DNA of 19,799 nt, taken from contig JAEOTX010000002.1 in assembly GCA_016839605.1 (NCBI GenBank), forward strand, positions 1 to 19,799, in the 5' to 3' direction. This document shows, in pieces, positions 8,452-16,120 of this stretch (position 1 is its first letter; each line of letters starts with the position of its first letter). The notes below the pieces were generated by a model, which was not told the origin of the DNA, did not search any database, and saw only the letters and a program-made list of their open reading frames with translations. The stretch is from Candidatus Thorarchaeota archaeon. Its GTDB lineage: Archaea > Asgardarchaeota > Thorarchaeia > Thorarchaeales > Thorarchaeaceae. Made by a program: the position numbers and the translations under genes.

Positions 8452-9915
8452 ATGAAGTTGTCAAAGATGGCAAAGACCAAGAAGAAAGGCAGTTTCCGCA
8501 GGAATGTCATACTAACCTTCGTAGCAATTTCAATCATTTCGCTAGCAGCTACTGGAGGAATCTCATACTTCTTTGTAGATCTAATCGGAGACTTCACCAC
8601 GTCAGAGAGTACGACGGCACTTGAATCCCAGATTCAGACTAACATGGATCTCACAGCGGAAAAGACAGCAGTAGTAATCAATCAGAAATTGACTAATGCT
8701 GAATCGATGATAGCTGCATTGGCTGAAGAGGCCGAGAGGCTTCTCAGTGATGAGTCAACATACATACCACGGAGAACATACTATGATTACTTCTTCGAAT
8801 ACGGAGCGCCTGGAGAATATCCAGATGACACAGTGTACGATTCCAATTATGACCTCAATGTTTCATGGACTTACAGCAGCTGGTATGCGCCGCCTTCTGC
8901 TCTCGCGGATTATCAGAGCTTTGAAAATGAGAAACTCAGAAGAATTTCAAACCTTGATTTCATGTTCCAAGCTGTGCATCAGCAGTTAGACTTTCGATGG
9001 CTCTATGTTGCCTTTGAAAGCGATAGCATGTTCATCAATTATCCGGGGAGTCTCTTAGGAGGCACCGACCTTGAACGCACAGCAGACCCATGGTACGCTA
9101 CAGGAGACGAATGGTATACTGAGATTAGAGACCGGAGTGGTGTGGGTGGCAATATGGTCTTCGTTGAGCCATATTACGATCCTATAGATGGAGTCCTTCT
9201 GATATCAATTGGAAGGACAATACACTTCGCCAATGGCACCTTAATAGGAGTTGTTGCGGGAGACATCACAATCGAAGATATCAACCAGAGGATTCTGGAT
9301 GTCACTGTTCTTGATTCGGGATACGCGGCATTAGTTGAGGGAACATTTGGTGGTGTAGTTGCTCATCCAGATGTCGTGGATGACGACTACCTCGCAGGCC
9401 TACCTGCACTGACTGCAGTTGAAAGCAATCAGGATGGTAGTTCAGCTCTAACTTCAGAACAGGTAGACCAAGTGACATCAGGAGCAACTGGATATCTCCA
9501 ATATACGAAAGATGGCGATGACTATCTGCTCGCATATACAGCAGTAGAAAAAGCAGGCTACATATGCATTATAGTTGTCCCAATTGATGAGGTCCTTGCA
9601 GCAATCCCAGCTCTTGAAGCTCGGATTGACACTGCAACTTTGCAAGCTACAATGTTCATCCTCACCATAACAGTAGCTGGGATATTGATTGCTGCAGGTG
9701 TGGCAGTTGTTATTTCAAATCAGATCACAGGACCCCTACAATACATGATGGATTTAGCAACAAAGAACGTTGCAGCGATGATAAAGCAAGAGCCTCTTGA
9801 CTCACTCGACTTGCGTGTGGATGCAACGTACACTTCCAAGGATGACGAGATTGGAGAGCTAGCTCGAGCATTCCAAGGAATGCTGGACTCAATCAAGGAT
9901 GATGAGTCTCAATAA
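8452..9915 (+). CDS. Membrane protein: TM - dCache - TM - HAMP, with no cytoplasmic output domain
   Basis: Paralogous to the upstream gene (FVEPYYDP, FANGTLIGVVAGDITI, VLDSGYAALV, VVAHP). HAMP ends DDEIGELARAFQGMLDSIK followed by five residues and a stop. SD GGAGGTG at 8444-8450 suggests the true start is TTG 8458 or ATG 8467. Confidence 0.85.
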   Translation: MKLSKMAKTKKKGSFRRNVILTFVAISIISLAATGGISYFFVDLIGDFTTSESTTALESQIQTNMDLTAEKTAVVINQKLTNAESMIAALAEEAERLLSDESTYIPRRTYYDYFFEYGAPGEYPDDTVYDSNYDLNVSWTYSSWYAPPSALADYQSFENEKLRRISNLDFMFQAVHQQLDFRWLYVAFESDSMFINYPGSLLGGTDLERTADPWYATGDEWYTEIRDRSGVGGNMVFVEPYYDPIDGVLLISIGRTIHFANGTLIGVVAGDITIEDINQRILDVTVLDSGYAALVEGTFGGVVAHPDVVDDDYLAGLPALTAVESNQDGSSALTSEQVDQVTSGATGYLQYTKDGDDYLLAYTAVEKAGYICIIVVPIDEVLAAIPALEARIDTATLQATMFILTITVAGILIAAGVAVVISNQITGPLQYMMDLATKNVAAMIKQEPLDSLDLRVDATYTSKDDEIGELARAFQGMLDSIKDDESQ

Positions 9916-9933
9916 CAATAGGAGGTGTAGAAA

Positions 9934-11760
9934 CTGACCGTTAACGACTGGTCTATAGAGAAGTCGAGGTTAATCTATGGCCTCAAAAGCAACGATCTTC
10001 ATTTCCTAGACATCAATGACCAAGGCGACTTAGTCATCAGCCTCCATGACAAGACAATCTCCATCAATGATATTGTGCGACAAGTTGAGTCAACAAATGG
10101 AACTAGAACAGGTTATGCATCATCATTTACCTTGCGACTCCCTCAGCTCATATCATATCAAGTCAGAAAGCTGATAGCTACTTTTCTCAAAGTAATCAAG
10201 AAAACGGATTACAAAGGCGAGTTCAGTGCAGTCTATCCGGTCAAGGTGAATCAACGGCGCGACAATGTAGTTCAAGTCCTTCATACGAATCCTGACTATG
10301 GACTCGAAGCAGGTACGAAAGCTGAACTGTTTCTCGTCAAATCAGTGGTGGAGAAGGAGAAACATCGGCTCATAATCTGCAATGGAGCCAAGGATCCTGA
10401 ATATCTCAATACAATACGGGAGTGTATTGAGGAAGGCTACAACATTGCGATATCCATAGAGTCACTTCATGAAGCTAAGCTCATTGTTGACAGATTCAGG
10501 CCAGAAAATAGCAACATGGTTCTCAGAATCAAACCGTACTTAACTGTCAGGGGACATTGGTCACATTCTGCAGGACGCGACTCAAAATTCGGGCTTAGTA
10601 TCCATGACCTATTTGATGTAGTCGACCTGCTAAAGAAGAAAGGGTTCCAAGACTCAGTCTCTACAATTCTGGGTCATGTGGGATCTCAAATCACGGCAAT
10701 TGAGGACTTTTTCGGGTTTTCTGAGTTCATGACAAGGACGTTCATGGAGCTTCGGGAAAAGGGATTTTCGAATCTCAAGACAGTCGATTTTGGTGGAGGA
10801 CTCCCAATTGATTATACCAGCTCGTATGCGTCAAACCTGATGGAGCTATATGCAGAATCATTGGTGAAGGGCATACAGAATGAGCTGCCAAACTGGCCTG
10901 ATGGCCCTTATCCAAACATAATGGTCGAATCAGGACGTGGACTAACAGCTCTCGGATCTCTGGTACTGATCAAGGCTTTGGAAGTACGGTCTGTGTTTCC
11001 GAAGCTAGAGGATAGAGATGAGTCCAGCATGGCTCAATACCATGAAGTGGTGAAGGAGATAGCAAGTGCTGCATCTGTCAGTGAGCTCGCTGAGATTTGG
11101 AACGATTTCCAGACAGGGAAGAGTGGTCAGGCTGAGTCACTCAATGCACTCAGAGAGAGAGAGGCAATGATTGGTCAGGTCAGAGCAGAGATACGACAAC
11201 AGCTCGCGCAGCTTGGTGCAACTGGCTTGAGGTCTGATGCCTTGAGTGATAGTGTATGGCATCCAGACCATATTGTGATAGGCAACTTCAGCGTTTTCAA
11301 CAGTGCCTGCGATTATGTCCTCGTGAAGCAGCATTTCCCCGTTATTCCTATTCAGGACCTCCATCTTCATCCTGAAACTACTGTGCGTTTAGTCGACATA
11401 ACTTGCGATTCAGATGGCGAGATTTCGCAGTTTCATAGGAAAGGCACTGGAGAGATATGGTTCACTAGAGATTACAGACCAGTCACAATGCCCATCGGCC
11501 AGATGGGGCAGGGCATCCCAGTGGGGTCAATCGCTAACACTCCAGGCTCATATTTCGCAATTGCTCTTACAGGAGCGTACCAAGATGTCATTGAGATGAA
11601 TCACAACCTCCTTGGAGACCTTCCCGATGTAGAACTCATATTAGACAAGGACAGCCATTGGCAGGTCAGATGGATGACAGACGCAGAGAGCATGGAGGAC
11701 ATCCTAAAGGAAATGGGATACATTGGATTCGATATAGATGAAGATCCATACATGACATGA
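9934..11760 (+). CDS. speA: Biosynthetic PLP-dependent arginine decarboxylase (fold-type III), 608 aa from a CTG start
   Basis: YPVKVNQ (PLP Lys), GLEAGTKAEL, ICNGAKD, SKFGL, HVGSQI, DFGGGLPIDY, ESGRGL, NFSVFNS, DITCDSDG and GAYQD..MNHNLLG. The in-frame extension upstream of 10075 (TVNDWSIEKSRLIYGL...FLDINDQGDLVI) matches the SpeA N-terminus, and SD GGAGGTG lies at 9921-9927. Confidence 0.88.
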   Translation: MTVNDWSIEKSRLIYGLKSNDLHFLDINDQGDLVISLHDKTISINDIVRQVESTNGTRTGYASSFTLRLPQLISYQVRKLIATFLKVIKKTDYKGEFSAVYPVKVNQRRDNVVQVLHTNPDYGLEAGTKAELFLVKSVVEKEKHRLIICNGAKDPEYLNTIRECIEEGYNIAISIESLHEAKLIVDRFRPENSNMVLRIKPYLTVRGHWSHSAGRDSKFGLSIHDLFDVVDLLKKKGFQDSVSTILGHVGSQITAIEDFFGFSEFMTRTFMELREKGFSNLKTVDFGGGLPIDYTSSYASNLMELYAESLVKGIQNELPNWPDGPYPNIMVESGRGLTALGSLVLIKALEVRSVFPKLEDRDESSMAQYHEVVKEIASAASVSELAEIWNDFQTGKSGQAESLNALREREAMIGQVRAEIRQQLAQLGATGLRSDALSDSVWHPDHIVIGNFSVFNSACDYVLVKQHFPVIPIQDLHLHPETTVRLVDITCDSDGEISQFHRKGTGEIWFTRDYRPVTMPIGQMGQGIPVGSIANTPGSYFAIALTGAYQDVIEMNHNLLGDLPDVELILDKDSHWQVRWMTDAESMEDILKEMGYIGFDIDEDPYMT

Positions 11761-11828
11761 TTCAGGTCAGAGTATTGTACAGTTCTCAATGCTTAAGACT
11801 AGGCAGGGTCAATTTCATTTGAACACAT

Positions 11829-12632
11829 ATGACACGACCATTAGAGGCCAAGCTAGAACTTGTGAAGGAATCACTCAGAGGAAAAAGTATCCTAATAGCG
11901 TTCAGTGGTGGTGTTGACAGCTCAACCCTCGCCCTCATCGCACGAGATGTGGCAACGAAGGCAGTACTCCTTACAATGAATACTGTCACTTATTCCGAAT
12001 CTGAGCTTGAGGTCGCAAAGCGTGTTGCATCAGAGTTGGGGCTGCAGCATGATGTCATATGGCATGACTGGCTGGCTGAGGAAGAGCTTATAGAGAACCC
12101 ACGAAACCGATGTTATCAATGTAAGAAGAAATTGGCAGAACGATGGATCCAAGAAGCAGAGAAACGGGGACTCGATACTGTCATTGAGGGCACCACAGCT
12201 AGTGATATTGACGGATATCGACCAGGAGAGCAAGCGCTTCGAGAAACTAGTGTTCAATCACCATTGCTTGCAGCAGGAATCACAAAAGATGAGGTTCGAG
12301 AGATTGCCCGTGAAAACAGCCTGTCAGTATCTGATAGTCCCTCTATGGCGTGTCTAGCCACAAGATTCCCCTATGGGACCAAAATAACCAACAAGAAACT
12401 CGAGATGGTAGCAGGTGTTGAGAACTTTGCCCGACTTCATTTTGGAGTGAGGAATGTGCGCGCTCGGTTCCATGGAGATCTAGTACGTATGGAAGTGGGT
12501 CGAGATGAACGCTCGAAGCTATTTGATGAGAAGAAGCTTGACGAGTTCCAGAAGTTTGCAGCAGGCCTGGGTTTCACCTTCGTGACTTTCGACGTATTTG
12601 GATACAGGACTGGAGCTATGGATGAAGTCTGA
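11829..12632 (+). CDS. larE: ATP-dependent sulfur transferase LarE (PP-loop superfamily)
   Basis: AFSGGVDS PP-loop, NPRNRCYQCKK, YRPG, SPLLAAGITKDEVR, PSMACLATRFPYG and GYRTGAM. Confidence 0.9.
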   Translation: MTRPLEAKLELVKESLRGKSILIAFSGGVDSSTLALIARDVATKAVLLTMNTVTYSESELEVAKRVASELGLQHDVIWHDWLAEEELIENPRNRCYQCKKKLAERWIQEAEKRGLDTVIEGTTASDIDGYRPGEQALRETSVQSPLLAAGITKDEVREIARENSLSVSDSPSMACLATRFPYGTKITNKKLEMVAGVENFARLHFGVRNVRARFHGDLVRMEVGRDERSKLFDEKKLDEFQKFAAGLGFTFVTFDVFGYRTGAMDEV

Positions 12633-12671
12633 TGCCATTATGCCCTTGATTAAGCAAATTGTCTGTAATGC

Positions 12672-12920
12672 TCACGTAATTTCTAGTTCGATATCTTCTC
12701 CTGTCCATTGCTTAACCAAGACATAGAGGTGCTTTATCTGATCAGGTTTAAGGCGTGGCATCTTTTCAGATATCCACTTCCTCATCATAAACGAGTTCAG
12801 ATACTGCTCACGCAGCTTCTTTGTAGCATTAGACAAAGGAAACCCTCCTGGCGTAATTCCTTTTCTGAAATCATATGTAGTATTCAAACTTGTTACATAA
12901 ACCTTTGCGAAGAGTTTCAC
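12672..12920 (-). CDS. Small basic hypothetical protein (82 aa)
   Basis: Its GTG start overlaps the TAG stop of the upstream peptidase (TAGTG). It fills otherwise empty space. No recognisable motif. Confidence 0.55.
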   Translation of the reverse strand: MKLFAKVYVTSLNTTYDFRKGITPGGFPLSNATKKLREQYLNSFMMRKWISEKMPRLKPDQIKHLYVLVKQWTGEDIELEIT

Positions 12921-14101
12921 TAGATACAGATTAGCTCCTTCTGAGGGCGCGAAATTAACTCACACCCTTTTCGTGTGATGAGGATGTCCTCTTCCAAGCT
13001 GATTTGTCCGTAATTCTCAGTCGTCACATAAAGCTCCAAGGTGAAAACATTCCCCACCTCAACAACACCCATTGGTGTAGCGCCATATCTTTCCCATCGA
13101 GGTCCCAGTAAAGCGCCGCCATCATGAGCTTGCCGTCCTACTTGATGTCCCAGTGCATGCTGGTATTCCTCATATCCACGGTCTTTGACAAACTCACGCG
13201 CAATGGCGTCGACTTCATACCCTAAAGCACCGGGTCGTATCCAGTCAGCTGCGGCTTGAATCGCATCTCGAACAGTTTCGAAAGCGTGTTGTACTTGCTC
13301 GGGTACATCCTCAGGTTTCCCAAAGAAGAACATCCGCTGGATGTCTGAGCAATAATCCTGATATCTTACACCAAAGTCGAAGTGGAGCAGATGCCCCTCT
13401 TTTGTCATGTTTGAAGTTGGCCCTGAGTGCCCGAACTGCTTGTAGGGGCCAGCATCCACTGCTGGATTATGATCCTTATCCCAGGCGAAGCCTACACCAT
13501 GTCGGTTCATCGCCTCGTGAAACTTGCTTTGAATCTCAATCTCGGTCATTCCGACCTTAAGGAATGTCTGGGCTTCTTCGAAAATGGACTCAGTAATTTG
13601 AACTGCTTTCTTGATGCGCTCAATCTCTGTTGGGATCTTTCGCCCACGTAGCTTGCTAACAATATTCTCAGAGCTCACTAGGCGATTCTTGAAGTCCGAG
13701 TCAGCAAGATACTCTTGCAAGATGAGATACATTCCATGAGAGAGTCCATCAGCAGCAACATCGTTCTTACTAAAATTGATAGCAATCTTTGATGGCCCTA
13801 ATTGGTTAAGCTCTTTGATGAGAACTTCTTTGATGCTCTTCGTGTAAGGAACAACTCTGCTGAAAAGCCCTGTTGCCTCTGTGGCATCTGCATCAAAATT
13901 CCCAACGATTGCAAGTGGTTTACCATTCATTGGAAACAACAATGCCGACTGCCAGACGAATTCTCCACCATATATGAGATCGAGAACTGGGTCAGCCATT
14001 TGTGAAGTCTCTCGAATCCAAACAAGCCACAGGTCAGCGTCAACCTCTTTGAGTATACCCCCTACTTGCTTCACCTTTTCAAGCTGTAAATCGTTTTCCA
14101 A
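12920..14101 (-). CDS. Xaa-Pro aminopeptidase/prolidase family (M24) metallopeptidase
   Basis: LRGRKIPTEIERIKKA, and metal ligands in FDFG, SDIQR, HALGHQVG, HDG, FTLE and LEEDILIT. Confidence 0.92.
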   Translation of the reverse strand: MENDLQLEKVKQVGGILKEVDADLWLVWIRETSQMADPVLDLIYGGEFVWQSALLFPMNGKPLAIVGNFDADATEATGLFSRVVPYTKSIKEVLIKELNQLGPSKIAINFSKNDVAADGLSHGMYLILQEYLADSDFKNRLVSSENIVSKLRGRKIPTEIERIKKAVQITESIFEEAQTFLKVGMTEIEIQSKFHEAMNRHGVGFAWDKDHNPAVDAGPYKQFGHSGPTSNMTKEGHLLHFDFGVRYQDYCSDIQRMFFFGKPEDVPEQVQHAFETVRDAIQAAADWIRPGALGYEVDAIAREFVKDRGYEEYQHALGHQVGRQAHDGGALLGPRWERYGATPMGVVEVGNVFTLELYVTTENYGQISLEEDILITRKGCELISRPQKELICI

Positions 14102-14126
14102 TTTCTCATCACCCTTTTACAAGAGT

Positions 14127-15236
14127 TCAGTCATTCGGACTGATGACGGCCTTGACCGACTCATGGCGTTCCTGCGTTTCTAAAGCCTCTTGAGTCTGGT
14201 CTAGTAAAAACTTGTGAGTCACGACGTCTTCAAACGGAAACTCGTCATAGTTGTCAGCTATTGTACGAACTGCTTGATACACATGTGTGGTTTCCGAACC
14301 CCAGACTGTTCGAATATCAAGATGTTTCCGGTTCATGAGGTGAGGATTCATTTCTACTGTCCCACTATCTGTGTATTGACCACAGATTGTGTAAGTTCCA
14401 CCTTCTCTAACAAGTTCAACTCCCTCAGGCACGGCTAGCGCATTCCCAGTGGCCTCATATACAATGTCGGGGCCATGACCATTCGTGATTTCACGTAGGA
14501 AATCGTGACGCTCTTTCAACGAGGTCTCTCTGATGTTCAATGTATGAGTTGCCCCAAACTTCTCTGCTAACTTGAGTCGATGTGATTCCATATCGATTGA
14601 AGTGATGGTTGATGCTCCATTGATCTTTGCAAGAGCTAGAAGCATTAGCCCTACCGGACCAGCACCTTGAATCGCGACATTTGATCCCCACTTCAGTGGG
14701 CTCCGGATGACAGTATGCACCGCTGTTGGCATTGCACATCCCACAGCTCCAGCCCCATCAAAGCTTACATGATCAGGAATCTGAATCACATGTGTTCCAG
14801 GAGTGACATACACATACTCACTGTAGGCTCCGATCAGATGAGGCCATTTCGTCGAATCCATAGTTATGCCATACACCTCCCTATTTGGGCACTTTGTGGG
14901 AGCCTTGGCAATCAGACAAAACCAGCAGGAGTAACAGGTCTTCGTCACATCATGGATGGTGACTCTGTCTCCGACCTTGATCTCGTGGCCATCTACGTTT
15001 CTGATCTTCTTTGGTCCTATAGCCTCGACCGTTCCTACCATCTCGTGACCTGGAATTAATGGATATGGCACTCCAGCCAATTTCCCATGCCACAGGTGAA
15101 CATCGGTTCCGCAAACGCCAGCATTTGCCACTTTCAATAAAGCAGCACCGGGTTTTAGTTCCGGTATCTCAAACTCTCTAATTTCTACAGGAGCGTTTGG
15201 CTCAGGGATTACGGCTGCACGACTCGTTTTCGGCAT
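14127..15236 (-). CDS. Zn-dependent medium-chain alcohol dehydrogenase (MDR family)
   Basis: GVCGTDVH, PGHE, structural Zn site CYSCWFC...C, GCAMPT and Rossmann GAGPVG. The acidic residue in IDME suggests NAD preference. Confidence 0.93.
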   Translation of the reverse strand: MPKTSRAAVIPEPNAPVEIREFEIPELKPGAALLKVANAGVCGTDVHLWHGKLAGVPYPLIPGHEMVGTVEAIGPKKIRNVDGHEIKVGDRVTIHDVTKTCYSCWFCLIAKAPTKCPNREVYGITMDSTKWPHLIGAYSEYVYVTPGTHVIQIPDHVSFDGAGAVGCAMPTAVHTVIRSPLKWGSNVAIQGAGPVGLMLLALAKINGASTITSIDMESHRLKLAEKFGATHTLNIRETSLKERHDFLREITNGHGPDIVYEATGNALAVPEGVELVREGGTYTICGQYTDSGTVEMNPHLMNRKHLDIRTVWGSETTHVYQAVRTIADNYDEFPFEDVVTHKFLLDQTQEALETQERHESVKAVISPND

Positions 15237-15374
15237 TTTATCTCATTCCTCAATGGTATTTGGGTCTAGGCAGAAGACTGCAAAACCCCGATTTAACACT
15301 GAGGCTTTGACCAATACCGCATTTGTGAGAAATGCTAAAGAGCAGTCGTTTAGGTGGAAAATCAAGGGATATGA

Positions 15375-15776
15375 ATGGGAGAAGTCTTCAAGCTCTACCT
15401 TCATGAGATTCAGCCCAGTCAACTCTACATCAGCAAAACGAAGCTAGATTCTGTAATCAATAGAAGGAATCTGGGAGACCTCAGTATGTATGACCCAATT
15501 CCAATCAAGGAGATAGATGGAGAGCTTGTATCAACTGATGGGCATACACGCGGAGTCGCTTGGCTATTGGAAGGCTATGAAGAGGTCGAAGTTGAATGGG
15601 AAACTGTTGAGATGGACTGGGAGGAATATGGGGTTTACGTCCAATGGTGCAAAGATGAGGGAATATACTCTATTGAAGATCTCAAGGAGCGAATCATTAG
15701 TCACGAAGAATACAAGGTGCGATGGTACGATAGGTGTAAGGCATTTCAAAAAGAATGGGCGAAACGAAAACAATGA
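15375..15776 (+). CDS. Stand-alone ParB/sulfiredoxin-like domain protein
   Basis: IQPSQLYIS...PIPIKEIDGELVSTDGHTR matches the ParB/Srx P-I-x-h...DGHxR signature. Confidence 0.65.
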   Translation: MGEVFKLYLHEIQPSQLYISKTKLDSVINRRNLGDLSMYDPIPIKEIDGELVSTDGHTRGVAWLLEGYEEVEVEWETVEMDWEEYGVYVQWCKDEGIYSIEDLKERIISHEEYKVRWYDRCKAFQKEWAKRKQ

Positions 15777-15813
15777 GGGCTAAGCAGCGCTTTCTAAATG
15801 CATGTTCTCAACG

Positions 15814-15826
15814 ATGAAGTTATAAG
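15814..15826 (+). promoter_or_regulatory. Candidate archaeal BRE/TATA promoter of the tusA-dsrE-iscS-iscU cluster
   Basis: Purine-rich ATGAAG followed by TTATAA (15820-15825), about 45 nt upstream of ATG 15871. SD AGGTGA at 15857-15862. Confidence 0.45.
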
Positions 15827-15870
15827 GAATTAACTATGGTTTATTTCTTGATGGTTAGGTGAAATCCTCC

Positions 15871-16113
15871 ATGTCTAGTAACGAACCAGTTGAAACTCTT
15901 GATTGCATAGGACTATATTGCCCACAGCCTCTTTTCCAGACGAAGGAAGCAATAGATAGTATTGAGGCAGGTGATATACTTGAGTTACTGGCAGATGATC
16001 CTGCTGCTGAAGAAGACATCAAACGATTCTGTAAAAGAACAGGTCACATACTCCTTAGTTTTGAGAGATTGGAGGACGGAACGCAGAGATTCCTGATTAA
16101 GAGAAGGGAATGA
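15871..16113 (+). CDS. tusA: Sulfur carrier protein, TusA/SirA family
   Basis: LDCIGLYCPQP (CPxP motif) and LADDPAAEEDIKRFC. The start was placed at ATG 15871 because GTG 15859 lies within the SD. Confidence 0.92.
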   Translation: MSSNEPVETLDCIGLYCPQPLFQTKEAIDSIEAGDILELLADDPAAEEDIKRFCKRTGHILLSFERLEDGTQRFLIKRRE

Positions 16114-16120
16114 ATGAATA

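Noticed and set aside
6360-9330. Similar DNA stretches in the two receptor genes (e.g. aatggaaccctcattggtgttgtt and aatggcaccttaataggagttgtt) as a repeat element
   Set aside because: They are diverged paralogous coding sequence with synonymous differences, not a DNA repeat or mobile element.
5598-9915. Calling the receptors methyl-accepting chemotaxis proteins or histidine kinases
   Set aside because: No MCP signalling hairpin, H-box or HATPase motifs follow the HAMP domains.
9913-9936. Stop-codon readthrough or pyrrolysine at TAG 9928 (GTG TAG AAA CTG), or fusion of receptor 2 to SpeA
   Set aside because: The two genes are in the same frame, but fusion would need readthrough of both TAA 9913 and TAG 9928. 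GTG 9925 lies inside the SD, and CTG 9934 has normal SD spacing.
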